Source: an uncultured Verrucomicrobiota bacterium (lineage in GTDB: Bacteria; Verrucomicrobiota; Kiritimatiellia; JAAZAB01). From it: 64,000 nt of DNA. Below the pieces are notes generated by a model. The model was not told where the DNA came from and searched no databases. It worked only from the letters and a program-made list of their open reading frames with translations. The stretch covers positions 1,013-65,012 of the forward strand of contig CAZALU010000002.1 of NCBI GenBank assembly GCA_964486075.1, in the 5' to 3' direction. Shown here one piece after another: positions 1-10,785 of this stretch (position 1 is the first letter of the stretch; each line of letters opens with the position of its first letter). The position numbers were made by a program, and so were the translations under genes.

Positions 1-2290
1 GCAGTATTTCCTGCCGAACCAAATCTTGCACCTCTGGGAGTGCCGAAGCCCGGGTGCCTACGTAGATGGCAAAAAGGCCTGGCATGACAGCGGGTTGCTG
101 GATGGCGCCGGTGTAGTAGGCTAACCCCTTTTTGTCGCGGATCGAGACGAATAGATCGGAGGATAGTCCGGTCAGGGCTTGCTGCAGAATGCTCAAGGCG
201 TCGTTCCGCGGATCGAACAGGTCAATGCCGGGGAAGCCGGCCATAAAAACGGCTTGTTCGCGCGGTTCCATCCGGTGCACACACTGCGGTAACACGGGAT
301 GGGGTTTGGCGCATGCCGCCTGCGGGCGAGGGCCCGTCGGGACGTTCTTGAAATAACGCTCAGCCAGCGTATGTGCTTGAGCCGGCGCGATGTCTCCAAA
401 AATTGCCAGAACAAGGTTTTGATCTACCACCAGCCCGGCATGCCATGCCCGCAGGTCCTTCACAGTGACCGCTTCGACGGCCAGAGGACTGCCTTCTGGT
501 AAAAACCGGTAAGGATGGCCCGGGAACAACGCCTGCCGTAGTCCCTCCTGGGCGACGAATAATGGAGATTCCCTTTGCTGTTGAATGATTGAAACCTGGA
601 TTGGCTTCAGTTTGGCCAGCTCATCCGGCGCAAAGGCCGGAGCCACCAGGCAGTCGGCCATGATTTCCAGCAGGACCGGGACATCGCCTGACAGGCATTG
701 CGCGCGTAATCCGAAGCTGTTGCGGCTGCAATAGGCGGCCAGCGAGGCGCCCAGGGATTCCACGGTTTGTGCGATTGCGTCAGCGCTGTGTCCGCCGGCG
801 CCACGCAGCATCAGCTCCGCCATCATGCTGGTGATGCCGTTGTTGGTTTCGTTTTCCAAGAGCAAGCCGCCGCTGCAGGCGGCGCAGATCCAGACCATGG
901 GCAATTTGTGGTTTTCACGCAACAGGACGGGTATGCCGTTGGTTAGTGTTATTTTTTCGACCTTGCTTGCGGGGAGCGGGGCGGGGGAAGCCGTGGCTGC
1001 GGAGTTGGTGGATTCCGGCGCCAGGATAGCCGTGGTCCGGTTTTCAGTTCGCAGGTATTTGCGTGCGACGGCCATTACGGACTCGGGCGTGACCTTTTCC
1101 AGGCGTTGGAGATAGGTCTGAAAAAAAACGGGTGACCCGGTGTAGAATTCGCCGGAGGCAAAACTATAGGCCTGTCCCTGTACGGTCTGGAATGACGAAA
1201 TAGTGTCAAGCAGAATCATGCGGCGGGCTTTTTCAATCTCGGCTGCTGCAAACGGCTCGCGAGTCCAGCTCTGCGCTTCGTCGTAAATGGCCTGCATGAG
1301 AGCCGATTCCAGACCGGGATCACAGACAGCGCTTATACCGAACAACCCTTTATCGCGAGGGGTGAACGACCAGGCGCTAATTGTGTGGGCCAGCTTGAGT
1401 TTGTCTTTGATGGCGCGAGTCAGTCTGGAGCTCCTGCCGTTACCCGTGATTGTGGCCAGTAGATCCAAGTCGGGCGCGTCGGGGTCGCTCAAGGCAACCG
1501 TGTGCCAGCAGACTGCCACCCGGGTTGCGGCATACGGGCCGGCATGACGTGCACTCCGTTCAGCGATTTGTTCCGGTTCCGCCGGCAACAACGCCGGCGC
1601 GTGCGCCCGTCGCTGCCGGGCGCCGAACAGTTCCCGGATAGCGGATTCCGCTTCCGCGGCGCGAATATCGCCGGCCAGCGCCAGAATCATGTTGTCCGGC
1701 CTGTAATTCCTACGGAAGAAAATCAGCAAATCATCCCGAGTAAGCGTATTGAACACATCCGGATAGCCTATGATTGGTGCCCGGTAGGGGTGCACGCGGT
1801 AAGCTGTTTCCCATAGCAGACGGGAAATTCGGCGGTCCGGGCTGTCTTCGCCCATGGCCATCTCGCGCTGGATGACTTGTTTTTCGCGCTGCCATTCATT
1901 TTCAGGGAAGGAGGCGTTTTGCAGGGCATCCGCCAGGACTTCCAGGGCGGTGCGCCAGCGCGGCGCGGGTGCGTCAACCAGGAAGACAGTACGGTCGAGG
2001 GAGGTGTAGGCGTTTATGTTGCCGCCGAGGTCGCCGATAGTTTTAGCGATCGCGCCGGGCAGCTGCGTAGGCGTGCCCTTGAAGATCATGTGCTCCATCC
2101 AGTGGGAAAGCCCACCGCCGAAATATTCCTGTTCGTCGGCGGAGCCGGTGCCGACCCAGATCTGGGCCGAGATCAAGGGAGCGGAAGTATCCTCCTTGAT
2201 CAGGACGATCAGTCCGTTGTCGAGGACGACCCGGGTTAAACCGTTGGTCATGCCGGTTGTGGTATTTTCGATGTTTGCTTGCCTGGTCAT
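1..2290 (-). CDS. M16 family zinc metallopeptidase (insulinase/pitrilysin-like, two tandem M16 units); N-terminus complete, C-terminus runs off the window edge
   Basis: Own translation from ATG at 2290 on the minus strand: MTRQANIENTTTGMTNGLTRVVLDNGLIVLIKEDTSAPLISAQIWVGTGSADEQEYFGGGLSHWMEHMIFKGT... This carries the inverted zinc-binding motif HxxEH (HWMEH). The frame stays open to position 1 (about 763 codons). The second half resembles an inactive M16 unit (...YLQRLEKVTPESVMAVARKYL...). It is absent from the supplied ORF track, apparently because no stop codon lies inside the window. Confidence 0.8.
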   Translation of the reverse strand, partial: MTRQANIENTTTGMTNGLTRVVLDNGLIVLIKEDTSAPLISAQIWVGTGSADEQEYFGGGLSHWMEHMIFKGTPTQLPGAIAKTIGDLGGNINAYTSLDRTVFLVDAPAPRWRTALEVLADALQNASFPENEWQREKQVIQREMAMGEDSPDRRISRLLWETAYRVHPYRAPIIGYPDVFNTLTRDDLLIFFRRNYRPDNMILALAGDIRAAEAESAIRELFGARQRRAHAPALLPAEPEQIAERSARHAGPYAATRVAVCWHTVALSDPDAPDLDLLATITGNGRSSRLTRAIKDKLKLAHTISAWSFTPRDKGLFGISAVCDPGLESALMQAIYDEAQSWTREPFAAAEIEKARRMILLDTISSFQTVQGQAYSFASGEFYTGSPVFFQTYLQRLEKVTPESVMAVARKYLRTENRTTAILAPESTNSAATASPAPLPASKVEKITLTNGIPVLLRENHKLPMVWICAACSGGLLLENETNNGITSMMAELMLRGAGGHSADAIAQTVESLGASLAAYCSRNSFGLRAQCLSGDVPVLLEIMADCLVAPAFAPDELAKLKPIQVSIIQQQRESPLFVAQEGLRQALFPGHPYRFLPEGSPLAVEAVTVKDLRAWHAGLVVDQNLVLAIFGDIAPAQAHTLAERYFKNVPTGPRPQAACAKPHPVLPQCVHRMEPREQAVFMAGFPGIDLFDPRNDALSILQQALTGLSSDLFVSIRDKKGLAYYTGAIQQPAVMPGLFAIYVGTRASALPEVQDLVRQEIL

Positions 2291-2415
2291 CGCGAAAAGG
2301 TTTGGCGTTAAATTAAGAATTAAGCATGAAGTATACAGGATACGCAACAGAGCGGCCGGGCCACGGCGCTTAAACATGGCAAAAGCGGTACAAAGTTGTT
2401 TTGAAAATGAACCCT

Positions 2416-2823
2416 TCATTTTTCATTCTGCATTCTGCATTTCTTTTCCGGCTTGAACGGCGTGCGAAAAGCGGTCTCGAAGTCAAAGCCATTATTGAAG
2501 TCTGCGAGAGAATCTTCCTCGGTTTTACCAAGGATTTGCTTGTTGACCATATTAAAAACGATATATCCGATATCGCGGCAATCGTGGACGCCCCAAGCGT
2601 TGAGGATGGTTTTGGACATAGGCCCGTATTCCTGGAGCGCAAAAATCCTGATTCCTTCCAGCAACTCGCCCCCGCTGACGTGGCGGCTGAGACCGGTAGC
2701 TGGTTTTTTAAGTTTCTTTGTCGTGAACTCGAGCGCTTCGCCGACAAAGAGATAGGCGTCCGCCGCATAACGCGGATCTTCTTTCAGTATCTGAGCGGTT
2801 TCTTCCTGAGTAATAATTCGCAT
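2416..2823 (-). CDS. conserved hypothetical small cytoplasmic protein (135 aa)
   Basis: ORF track protein MRIITQEETAQILKEDPRYAADAYLFVGEALEF... It is co-oriented with the neighbouring genes. An antisense ORF at 2401..2832 overlaps it and looks less protein-like. A family assignment (possibly the Plancto-Verruco conserved Minf_1886-like family) cannot be verified from the sequence alone. Confidence 0.5.
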   Translation of the reverse strand: MRIITQEETAQILKEDPRYAADAYLFVGEALEFTTKKLKKPATGLSRHVSGGELLEGIRIFALQEYGPMSKTILNAWGVHDCRDIGYIVFNMVNKQILGKTEEDSLADFNNGFDFETAFRTPFKPEKKCRMQNEK

Positions 2824-2965
2824 AACAGATAGGTTTTTACACTATGAGGGGTGGGCAGGTCAAGAGCAGACGTCATGCGGCTCGGACAGGGGGGCGCATG
2901 GCAGTTCCGCAGGGGATTTCTGCAAGCGACTTTGCCGTGAAGATAATAGCGTAATCCCTACGGAA

Positions 2966-3409
2966 CTAACTTTTGCTCTTGACCAAGGCGTTGGGTAGGG
3001 CGCCTTTGATGCTTTCGGCCAATTGACGGATTGCATAGGGGTCGGCATCGGGTTTGGGATGCCAGTTCCAAGAGTGGCCATCCTGCAGGAAACGCGGGAT
3101 TACGTGGAAATGAATGTGGGGCACCACCTGGCCTGCAGCCTTGCCATTGGATTGCATGACATTGATGCCGTCGGCCTTCAGAGCGCGTGTTTGCGCCGCC
3201 GCTATTTTTTGAACCACGGCGATCAATTGGCCCAAAACCTCTGGCGGAGTTTGGATCAGGGGGTCATAATGTTTTTTGGGAATAACCAGCGTATGGCCAC
3301 TGATTATGGGCCCGATATCCATGAAGGCCAAGGTGGCGTCGTCCTCGTACACCTTATAAGAAGGGAGCGCGCCCGCCACTATTTTGCAAAAAATACAATC
3401 AGAACTCAT
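2966..3409 (-). CDS. HIT family (histidine triad) nucleotide hydrolase
   Basis: Contains the histidine triad HIHFHVIPR and an N-terminal CIFCKI zinc-ribbon-like motif typical of Hint/HIT proteins; 147 aa. Confidence 0.85.
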   Translation of the reverse strand: MSSDCIFCKIVAGALPSYKVYEDDATLAFMDIGPIISGHTLVIPKKHYDPLIQTPPEVLGQLIAVVQKIAAAQTRALKADGINVMQSNGKAAGQVVPHIHFHVIPRFLQDGHSWNWHPKPDADPYAIRQLAESIKGALPNALVKSKS

Positions 3410-3451
3410 GGCGGCATAGACCCTTGCCCGTCAATAAGCACTTTTTGGCAC

Positions 3452-5569
3452 CTACTGCTGCTGGTCGCTCAATCCCTTCTCCTGCATCGCCGCCTTGCGG
3501 CTGAGCTTGACGCGGCCGCGATCGTCGATGCCGATGCATTTGACCCACATCTGGTCGCCGATCTTACAAACATCCTCCACGCTTCGCACACGAAAATCGG
3601 CCAGTTCGCTGATATGCACCAAGCCGTCTTTGCCGGGGATGATTTCCACGAAAGCGCCGAATTCCTTTATGCCGGTGACGGTGCCGTTGTAGATGACGCC
3701 TTCTTCTGCCTCGGCCGTGATCAGGCTGACTTCGCGCACCGCCATTTCCATGGACGCCGCGTCGGCGCTGAAAATATTAACCGTGCCGTCGTCGTCGATG
3801 TCAATCTGGGCGTTGGTCAGATCGGTAATGCGGCGGATGTTCTTGCCGCCCGGCCCGATCAGCTCGCCGATTTTTTCCGGATGGATTTTAACCACCGTTA
3901 TCCGTGGGGCATAGGGTGACATCTTCTCCCGCGGCGCGGCGATGAGTGTGGCCATGAAGTCCAGGATTCGCAGGCGCGCCTGACGAGCCGCTTCGAAAGC
4001 CAATGCTGCCACGTCCCAAGACAGTCCATGAATTTTAAGGTCAACCTGGAAGCCGGTGATTCCGTCGCGTGTCCCGGCCACTTTGAAGTCCATATCGCCG
4101 CAGTGGTCCTCCTCGCCGTTGATGTCGGTGACCAGCACGGCCTGGCGGTCGTCGCTGAACAGTCCGATAGAAATACCGGCGACCGGCTTGGTGATCGGCA
4201 CTCCGGCATCCATCAGGGCCAGGCTTCCGACGCAAACGCTGGCCATGGATGAAGATCCGTTGGAGCCCATGATATCCGAAACCATGCGCACGGTGTAGGG
4301 ATAATCCGGTGGCATGACTTGTTCCAGAGACCGTTCGGCCAGGGCACCGTGCCCCTGTTCCCGGCGATTAGTCGATCCGAGTCGGCCGACTTCGCCTACG
4401 CTGTAGGGCGGGAAATTGTAATGCACCATGAATTTTTTTTCGGTCTTGCTGTCCGGTCCGCCGGTGATGACGTCAATTGTCTGGGAATCGGATTGGCTAC
4501 CCAAGGTGACTGTGCCCAGGGACTGGGTTTCGCCCCGGCTGAACAGTGCGGATCCGTGTACCCGTGGCAGTAAGGCGACGCTGCCGGTCAAGGGCCGGAT
4601 TTCATCGAAAACGCGTCCGCCGATCCGCCGCTGATGCTTCAATATGTTTTGCCTCACCAAGCGGATTTCGAGCTCGTCGAACATGGCCCGGAATTGTTCC
4701 TCCGTTGTATCCGGTTTGGATTCGAGGAGTTTACTCTTAAGGGTTTCCTTGCTTTTCTTGATTTGCGAACGACGCGCAGTTTTTTCCGGGATGATTAGCG
4801 CTGCCAACAGGTCCTGTTCAGCGATGTCCAAGGCCATTTGCAGGAGCGTCTGATCCGGCTGGGCATCCGTGACCGTTTTATCGGGCTTGCCCAGCTTGCG
4901 TCGTAGCTCGAGTTGGGCGTCGATCAATTTGCGGCAGAACTCGTGGGCAAACTTCATGGCCGTCAATAGGTCTGCTTCCTTGATTTCCTTGGCGCAACCT
5001 TCGATCATTACCGGAATGTCGCGGTTGGCTGCGTATATCAGATCCAAGTCGCTGCGCTGGCGCTCGGCGTTGGTGGGATTGACGATCAGCTCGCCGTCAA
5101 TTCTCCCGATCCGGACGGCGCCGATGGGGCCATGGAAAGGCAACTCGGAGAGGGTCAGCGATGCGCTGGCGGCGACGATGCTCAGAATATCCGCGTCGTT
5201 CTCGCCGTCTGCCGACAGCAGCATATTGTTAATCTGCACTTCGTTGATGAAGCCTTTTTGGAAAAGAGGGCGGATGGGGCGGTCTGTAAACCGAGCTGTC
5301 AGGACCTCTTTTTCCGAGGGCCGGGCTTCGCGTTTGAAAAATCCGCCGGGAAATTTTCCGGCGGCATAGTATTTTTCGCGGTATTCCACCTGCAGCGGAA
5401 AATAATCGATGCCCTCGCGAGGTTTTTCGGCGGCGGTGACGGCGGAAAACAGGATGGTATCGCCGAGGCGCACGGTAACGGCGCCCGCTGCCTGCTGGGC
5501 CAGGGTGCCGGTTTCGATGCGCAATGTCTTGGAGCCGAGGGGCGTTTCAACGAAGGATGCTGTATTCAT
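3452..5569 (-). CDS. pnp: polyribonucleotide nucleotidyltransferase (PNPase)
   Basis: 705 aa. Two RNase PH-like domains followed by KH and S1 domains (C-terminal ...[28 protein letters not shown]...). Located downstream of rpsO, as in the canonical operon. Confidence 0.95.
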   Translation of the reverse strand: MNTASFVETPLGSKTLRIETGTLAQQAAGAVTVRLGDTILFSAVTAAEKPREGIDYFPLQVEYREKYYAAGKFPGGFFKREARPSEKEVLTARFTDRPIRPLFQKGFINEVQINNMLLSADGENDADILSIVAASASLTLSELPFHGPIGAVRIGRIDGELIVNPTNAERQRSDLDLIYAANRDIPVMIEGCAKEIKEADLLTAMKFAHEFCRKLIDAQLELRRKLGKPDKTVTDAQPDQTLLQMALDIAEQDLLAALIIPEKTARRSQIKKSKETLKSKLLESKPDTTEEQFRAMFDELEIRLVRQNILKHQRRIGGRVFDEIRPLTGSVALLPRVHGSALFSRGETQSLGTVTLGSQSDSQTIDVITGGPDSKTEKKFMVHYNFPPYSVGEVGRLGSTNRREQGHGALAERSLEQVMPPDYPYTVRMVSDIMGSNGSSSMASVCVGSLALMDAGVPITKPVAGISIGLFSDDRQAVLVTDINGEEDHCGDMDFKVAGTRDGITGFQVDLKIHGLSWDVAALAFEAARQARLRILDFMATLIAAPREKMSPYAPRITVVKIHPEKIGELIGPGGKNIRRITDLTNAQIDIDDDGTVNIFSADAASMEMAVREVSLITAEAEEGVIYNGTVTGIKEFGAFVEIIPGKDGLVHISELADFRVRSVEDVCKIGDQMWVKCIGIDDRGRVKLSRKAAMQEKGLSDQQQ

Positions 5570-5624
5570 AAATGAGCCTGTGTTTTGAACCTTTTCTTTT
5601 TGATGAGAAGCTTTGCGGGCCGGG

Positions 5625-5653
5625 GCGTCGCCCGAGTTTGAGGGCGGTGACGC
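5625..5653 (-). promoter_or_regulatory. stem-loop in the rpsO-pnp intergenic leader (candidate RNase III / autoregulatory hairpin)
   Basis: GCGUC-GCCC-N8-GGGC-GGU-GACGC imperfect palindrome in the 110-nt spacer between rpsO and pnp. The position is analogous to the RNase III-processed hairpin of the enterobacterial pnp leader. Confidence 0.3.
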
Positions 5654-5678
5654 ATCTCCGGTATGCTTGGCTTCCGGG

Positions 5679-5942
5679 TTAGCGCCGCAGTTTCAAACGC
5701 TCAATAACGGATTGGTAGCGTTCGGTTTCAGATCGCTGGAGATAGTCCAGCAACTTGCGGCGTGCGCTCACCATCTTGATCAGGCCGTAGCGCGAACTGT
5801 GATCTTTGGCGTTGGCCTTGAGGTGTTCAGTGAGCTGTTCGATGCGATGGGTTAGGAGAGCGATCTGGACGGCGGCAGAACCGCTGTCTTTTTCGTGGGA
5901 CTTAAATTCTTCAGTGATTTCTTTTTTTGTTTTTATTTGCAT
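5679..5942 (-). CDS. rpsO: 30S ribosomal protein S15
   Basis: 87 aa; MQIKTKKEITEEFKSHEKDSGSAAVQIALLTHRIEQLTEHLKANAKDHSSRYGLIKMVSARRKLLDYL is a classic S15 sequence. Confidence 0.95.
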   Translation of the reverse strand: MQIKTKKEITEEFKSHEKDSGSAAVQIALLTHRIEQLTEHLKANAKDHSSRYGLIKMVSARRKLLDYLQRSETERYQSVIERLKLRR

Positions 5943-6038
5943 GGCATCTTCCGCGTCGGTTGTCTTTTCCTTTTCTTATTCAGGGCGCGATTATAGGAAA
6001 TCGTTGTGAATTTGTAAAGGGGTATAGTTGATTTATTT

Positions 6039-6986
6039 CTACGACCGTTTTTGTGCTGCCGGCATGAGCCCGCGGGCTCGGATAATATCGCGCGCGATCT
6101 GGTTGCGCAGGGCTGCCGGTGTGGAGAATTTTCGTTCCGCACGGAGGCGTTTCAAAAAAAATATCTCCAGCGTTTCACCGTATAGATCCTGGCACATATC
6201 GAGAACGTGTAATTCTAGGATCGGTTGACGCGATCCTGGTCCGGGAAAGGTGGGTCTTATTCCCAGGTTGGCCACACCTGCGTGGCGCTTACCGCGAATC
6301 AGCGCCGTGACCGCATAGACGCCTTGCGGCGGACAGGCCTCGTTAAGAAAATTCAGATTGGCAGTGGGAATGCCCATAGTTCGTCCTATCTTCCGACCAT
6401 GGCGTACGGTGCCCAAAACACTGAAGGGACGGCCCAGCATGTTGGCGGCATCTGCCATCCGGCCGCCGGCGACTGCCCGCCGGATGCGCGTGCTGGAGAT
6501 GGGGTGGCCACGCCAGCGGACTGGTGGAATGGCCACGACCCGAAAATCGTGGCCGGGAGCCATTTTCTTCAGGAGCGCTGCATCGCCCCGTCCATTCCGT
6601 CCGAATTTCCAATTCAGGCCGATATAAAGACGGGAGATGTTGGGAATCGCCTTCTTGAGAGCAGCGATAAAAGCTTCCGGTTCCTGGCGCGCGGTGGCTT
6701 GCGTGAAAGGCGCCACCACGCAGCCGCTGACGCCCAACGCTTCCAGAAGGCGTAATTTATGGGCTGTGGATGTCAGCAGGGCGGGGGCCGCTGCCGGGCT
6801 CAATATTTTTTTGGGATGTGGGTTGAACGTCATGATCCAGGTCTGGCCCAGTCCGCGCCGGGAAGCGGCCAGCGCTCGGCGGATAAGATCCTGATGTCCG
6901 CGGTGCACGCCGTCAAAAAACCCGGCTGCCAGTAGAATTGGCCGCCGCTTGTTTTGCAAGTCGTTAAGTTTCTGAAGAATTTTCAT
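6039..6986 (-). CDS. ribF: bifunctional riboflavin kinase / FMN adenylyltransferase
   Basis: 315 aa. N-terminal FAD synthetase nucleotidyltransferase motif (GFFDGVHRGHQ) and a C-terminal riboflavin kinase domain. Confidence 0.9.
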   Translation of the reverse strand: MKILQKLNDLQNKRRPILLAAGFFDGVHRGHQDLIRRALAASRRGLGQTWIMTFNPHPKKILSPAAAPALLTSTAHKLRLLEALGVSGCVVAPFTQATARQEPEAFIAALKKAIPNISRLYIGLNWKFGRNGRGDAALLKKMAPGHDFRVVAIPPVRWRGHPISSTRIRRAVAGGRMADAANMLGRPFSVLGTVRHGRKIGRTMGIPTANLNFLNEACPPQGVYAVTALIRGKRHAGVANLGIRPTFPGPGSRQPILELHVLDMCQDLYGETLEIFFLKRLRAERKFSTPAALRNQIARDIIRARGLMPAAQKRS

Positions 6987-7247
6987 TACTGCGGGCGCGG
7001 GATTATACCCTTAATCTATTGTTATGCTTGATTCACTTCCGGAAGGAGGTTGGCAGCAATTATAATTATGGCCTTTAAATCCCCGCAAGCTTGCGTCGTG
7101 GGTGAAGAAATTGGATGGGAAAGTAAGTTTTGCCAGCCAATCTTGTGTCCCTGCCGCACGAGGCGGCAGAAGGCGCCAGCCATAATGCGAATTACTGGGG
7201 GGGGTGGGTTGGATGGTTGATTTTATCTTGGCACCGTTCATTATCTT

Positions 7248-7994
7248 TCAAGTCCGTGGAGCTTGCCTGGACTGCAGGATGCGGTGCAAGGGTATCATCA
7301 GCTCAGCGAGCTGGGCGTGGTCCATTTTTAATAATTCGTCCAGCGGAGTGGCGTTGCTGATGTTGAAATCCCCGCTTTGTATCCGGCGCAGTTGTTCCAG
7401 GTGAGCCCCGCAGCCCAAGGCGTCGCCGATATCCGAGCACAGAGTGCGCACATATACGCCTTTGCTGCAGTGCAGGTGGAATGTGGCGCGTGGTGGCGCG
7501 AAATCAAGCAGGCTGAATTCATGGATGTGAATCAGTTTCGGACGCCGCTCTACCGTCTGGCCCTTACGCGCCAGCTTATACAACGGCACGCCATTTTTTT
7601 TCACTGCGGATACCATGGGCGGCGTCTGCAGGATGTCTCCGGTCAGGCGTTGTATCTGGGCGAGGAGCTCTTCGCGGGTCACCTGCTGGTAGTCGCTTTC
7701 CCGGATGGTCACGCCGGCAGCGTCCTGGGTGTCGGTAGCCACGCCCAGTCGCAGGGTGCCGTCGTAGGTTTTATCGCCCGCCAGCAGGGAGTTCGCCAGC
7801 TTGGTGCCCCGCCCGATCATGATTACCAGCAGGCCGGTGGCCTGCGGATCCAGAGTGCCGGCGTGGCCAACTTTGTCGAACCGGAAATAGCGACGGATGC
7901 TGTCCACTACATCGTGCGAGGTGAGACCGGCAGGCTTGTCAACCAGAGCAATGCCGTCCATGGTTCTTTGAAATGAAGGGGTAAACATTTGCAT
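7248..7994 (-). CDS. truB: tRNA pseudouridine(55) synthase
   Basis: 248 aa; LVDKPAGLTSHDVVDSIRRYFRFDKVGHAGTLDPQATGLLVIMIG contains the catalytic Asp motif of TruB. Position between rbfA and ribF/rpsO is canonical. Confidence 0.9.
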   Translation of the reverse strand: MQMFTPSFQRTMDGIALVDKPAGLTSHDVVDSIRRYFRFDKVGHAGTLDPQATGLLVIMIGRGTKLANSLLAGDKTYDGTLRLGVATDTQDAAGVTIRESDYQQVTREELLAQIQRLTGDILQTPPMVSAVKKNGVPLYKLARKGQTVERRPKLIHIHEFSLLDFAPPRATFHLHCSKGVYVRTLCSDIGDALGCGAHLEQLRRIQSGDFNISNATPLDELLKMDHAQLAELMIPLHRILQSRQAPRT

Positions 7995-8057
7995 GGTTTG
8001 GGAACACTTTCTGCGTTTGTGTGGCTACCGTCCGCCTGGCTGACGAACCATTTTATA

Positions 8058-8227
8058 CGTTAAGTTTCGAAAATAACCCGTTGGGTTGTTTTCGAAACTA
8101 ACGTGGTTAACCACGTTAGGCCTCGTTTTACGCGGCCATCATCACGTGACCGCGTTGGCACGTGGAACGTGACTCACGTGGCGGACTTTTGGGCGAATTT
8201 TGCACCGGCTCGGCGCAAAATTCAGGT
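8058..8227. repeat. copy A of a ~170-bp dispersed element (CACGTG-palindrome cluster plus a 16-bp hairpin); reverse-complement of copy B at 21402-21572
   Basis: Direct comparison: the reverse complement of 8058-8227 aligns with 21402-21572 at roughly 85% identity. The 56-nt core aacgtggttaaccacgttagtttcgaaaacaacccaacgggttattttcgaaactt is near-identical in both copies. It contains CACGTG three times, the palindrome AACGTGGTTAACCACGTT and the hairpin AGTTTCGAAAA-N15-TTTTCGAAACT. Confidence 0.85.
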
Positions 8228-8271
8228 TATATAACTGTTTAAATGAAATGCCCGGGTGACGCAGTTTGGCA

Positions 8272-8658
8272 TCAGGTGACGGGCGCGTCATCTTCCTTTG
8301 GCGCTGGATTGTCGGTTTCCAATTTGGAAAGCAAATTCAGTACCCGGTCACCTTCTTCCAGCGAGGTGTCCAGATTGAAAGTCAGGCGGGGCGTGTATTT
8401 AAGGACAAGATTGGCATTGATATGTTCCTGTATTTCGGTGCGGTGCCGACCCAGCAACGTCAGCATGCGCGGACGTTCTGCATGATGATCGCGGATCGAG
8501 ACATACACTCGCGCTTCCCTCAAATCCTTGCTGGCCGCGACCCGGGTGATGGTCACGGCGGACAGATCAAACCGGTTTTCGTGCATGATCCGGAACAGGA
8601 CTCCGCCGATTTCGCGTTTTAGTAGCTCATTGACCCTGGTTAAACGATCGACACTCAT
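8272..8658 (-). CDS. rbfA: ribosome-binding factor A
   Basis: 128 aa; RVNELLKREIGGVL...ITRVAASKDLREARVYV is RbfA-like. Located between infB and truB. Confidence 0.9.
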   Translation of the reverse strand: MSVDRLTRVNELLKREIGGVLFRIMHENRFDLSAVTITRVAASKDLREARVYVSIRDHHAERPRMLTLLGRHRTEIQEHINANLVLKYTPRLTFNLDTSLEEGDRVLNLLSKLETDNPAPKEDDAPVT

Positions 8659-8679
8659 GGGAAAAATAGGGGAAAGAGG

Positions 8680-10785
8680 TTACAGCTTCTGGGGTACTTT
8701 TTCGATTTCAAAGAAATCGATCATATCCCCAACTTTAAAGGCGGCAAAGTTGTCCAAGCGTATGCCGCATTCCTGGCCTTCCCGTGCTTCACTGACGTCG
8801 TCTTGGAATCTCCTCAGCGACTCAAGCGATCCCTGGTAGAGGACATCATTTTTGCGGACCACGCGTGCGATGCAGCGGAAACCGACGCGTCCGCTGAGCA
8901 TGAGGCAACCGGCCACTTGGCTCTTCTTGGAGATCGGGAAAATCTGACGGACTTCGGCCTTACCCACAAATTTTTCGCGGATTTCCGGCGCCAGCATACC
9001 GGTCATGGCTTCCCGTAATTGGTCCACGATGTCGTAAATGATGTTGTAGAGCCGGATTGCGACGCCTTCCTGCTTGGCGGACTTGGTAACGCCGTCTTCC
9101 TTGCTGACGTTAAAGCCGATGACGACTGCGGCGGAAGCCTTGGCGAGCAGGACATCATTTTCGTTTATATTACCCACGCCGGCCAGCAGGATTGAGATGG
9201 CCACTTTTTCGCTTTTAATTTCCCCCAGCGCCTTTTCAATCGCTTCGAGAGAGCCGCGCGTATCGCACTTAAGAATCAGGCGCAATTCCAAGCGTTGATT
9301 CTTGGCCATCTGGTTGAAGAGTTCCTGCAAGGAAACTTTGGCTGGCGAGACGAGCTTTTGAGCGTGCAGTTCCTCACTTCTTTTTTCGACCAGCTCCCGC
9401 GCTGCCTTATCGCTCGCATAAACCTTGAACTTCTCTCCGGCCTGGGGCACACCCGATAGCCCTATGCATTTCACAGGGGTTGAAGGCGATGCCGTGCGGA
9501 CCTTGATGCCGTGATCGTTGATCAGCGCCTTGACTCTTCCGCAGAATTGTCCGCAGACCAACATATCGCCCACGTGCAAGATGCCCTGGGTTACTAGTAG
9601 ATGGATCACCGGTCCCATGCCCGCTTCCATTTTGGCTTCAACCACGAAACCGCCGGCACGTCCCTTGGATGTGGCTTTCAATTCCAGCATTTCCGCCTGG
9701 AGCATGATCATCTCCAGCAAATGGTCGAGCCCCTTGCCGGTCTGGGCGCTGACCGGACAGCAAATCAGTGTGCCACCCCAGTCTTCGGGCATCAAGCCGA
9801 TGGCCTGTAGTTGTTGCTTGACCCGATCGGGATTGGCCGCCGGTAGGTCCATCTTGTTGATGGCCACGATGATTGTCGTTTGCGCCGCCTGAGCGTGCCG
9901 GATCGCTTCCTCGGTCTGCGGCATGATGCCGTCGTCGGAGGCGATGACGATGATGGCGATATCTGTCAGGTTAGCGCCGCGTGCGCGCATGGCCGTGAAG
10001 GCGGCATGCCCCGGTGTGTCGAGAAACGTTATCTTGTAGCCATGATGGTCGATGGTGTAGGCGCCAATGTGCTGGGTTATACCCCCGGCTTCGCTCTTGG
10101 CGACCGCAGTGTTGCGGATGCGGTCCAGCAGGGATGTCTTGCCGTGGTCGATATGCCCTAAAAATGTTATAACCGGCGGGCGGTTTTCGAGATCTTCCGG
10201 ACGGATCAGCTCGTCCTCATCGTCTTCCGCCTTTTTGAGGGGCAGTTTCTGATCGATCTGTTTTTTTTCGTGCTCCAGCATCAGCCCGTGCTTTTCAGCA
10301 ATCTTCTGAGCTATTTTCAGGTCAATTCGCTCGTTGATCGAGGCAAAAATATTCATGGTCATCAGCTCGGTGATAAGCTGGTTGGGCTTCAAACCAAGTT
10401 GTTCGGCCAGATCTCTGACGATAATCGCACCCCGCATGATGATAACTTTGGGCGTTTCCTGCGCCGGAGCGGGCGCGGGGTCCGGGGCTTGTAGCTCCGG
10501 CGGGGGGGGGGCGAGAGCCGGGACAGAAAGTTTAGCCGCTGCTGCGTTAGTTTTGGGCGCCGGCGCATGAATCTTGGGCGATGCCGGTTTGGCGTGGGCG
10601 GGCATGGGCGCGGGCGCGGCGGGGGTTGCGGCGGCAGGCTGGGCGACTTCGGCCCGCATGCGGCTGACCGCCTGTTCATTTACCGAACTTGAAGGGCTTT
10701 TTGCGACGATGCCCGCCGCCTGCAAGCGGGCCATCAGATCCTTGTTCGTTAACCCAAGTTCTTTAGCTAAATCGTAAATTCTCAT
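8680..10785 (-). CDS. infB: translation initiation factor IF-2
   Basis: 701 aa. N-terminal [11 protein letters not shown], a Pro/Ala-rich linker, GTPase motifs ([21 protein letters not shown]) and a C-terminal IF2 beta-barrel. Confidence 0.95.
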   Translation of the reverse strand: MRIYDLAKELGLTNKDLMARLQAAGIVAKSPSSSVNEQAVSRMRAEVAQPAAATPAAPAPMPAHAKPASPKIHAPAPKTNAAAAKLSVPALAPPPPELQAPDPAPAPAQETPKVIIMRGAIIVRDLAEQLGLKPNQLITELMTMNIFASINERIDLKIAQKIAEKHGLMLEHEKKQIDQKLPLKKAEDDEDELIRPEDLENRPPVITFLGHIDHGKTSLLDRIRNTAVAKSEAGGITQHIGAYTIDHHGYKITFLDTPGHAAFTAMRARGANLTDIAIIVIASDDGIMPQTEEAIRHAQAAQTTIIVAINKMDLPAANPDRVKQQLQAIGLMPEDWGGTLICCPVSAQTGKGLDHLLEMIMLQAEMLELKATSKGRAGGFVVEAKMEAGMGPVIHLLVTQGILHVGDMLVCGQFCGRVKALINDHGIKVRTASPSTPVKCIGLSGVPQAGEKFKVYASDKAARELVEKRSEELHAQKLVSPAKVSLQELFNQMAKNQRLELRLILKCDTRGSLEAIEKALGEIKSEKVAISILLAGVGNINENDVLLAKASAAVVIGFNVSKEDGVTKSAKQEGVAIRLYNIIYDIVDQLREAMTGMLAPEIREKFVGKAEVRQIFPISKKSQVAGCLMLSGRVGFRCIARVVRKNDVLYQGSLESLRRFQDDVSEAREGQECGIRLDNFAAFKVGDMIDFFEIEKVPQKL

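Noticed and set aside
2401-2832. 143-aa plus-strand ORF overlapping the 135-aa minus-strand gene
   Set aside because: It is antisense to a better-looking, operon-consistent ORF. Its composition (SFFILHSAFLFRLERR...) looks like a typical high-GC shadow frame.
3023-3919. 298-aa plus-strand ORF
   Set aside because: It lies entirely antisense within the HIT and pnp coding regions, so it is a shadow ORF of a GC-rich genome. The same reasoning rejects the many other antisense or overlapping ORFs in the track, for example 7377..7976, 11136..11738, 14882..15502, 17707..18255, 24275..25261, 26624..27505, 33102..33668, 35259..35888, 37596..38423, 40245..40841, 42892..43938, 57497..58552 and 62725..63036.
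10497-10508. G10 homopolymer on the plus strand
   Set aside because: It lies inside infB and encodes a Pro-Pro-Pro-Pro run in the Pro/Ala-rich linker, so it is coding and not an intergenic simple-sequence repeat. It is slippage-prone, but the surrounding frame is intact.
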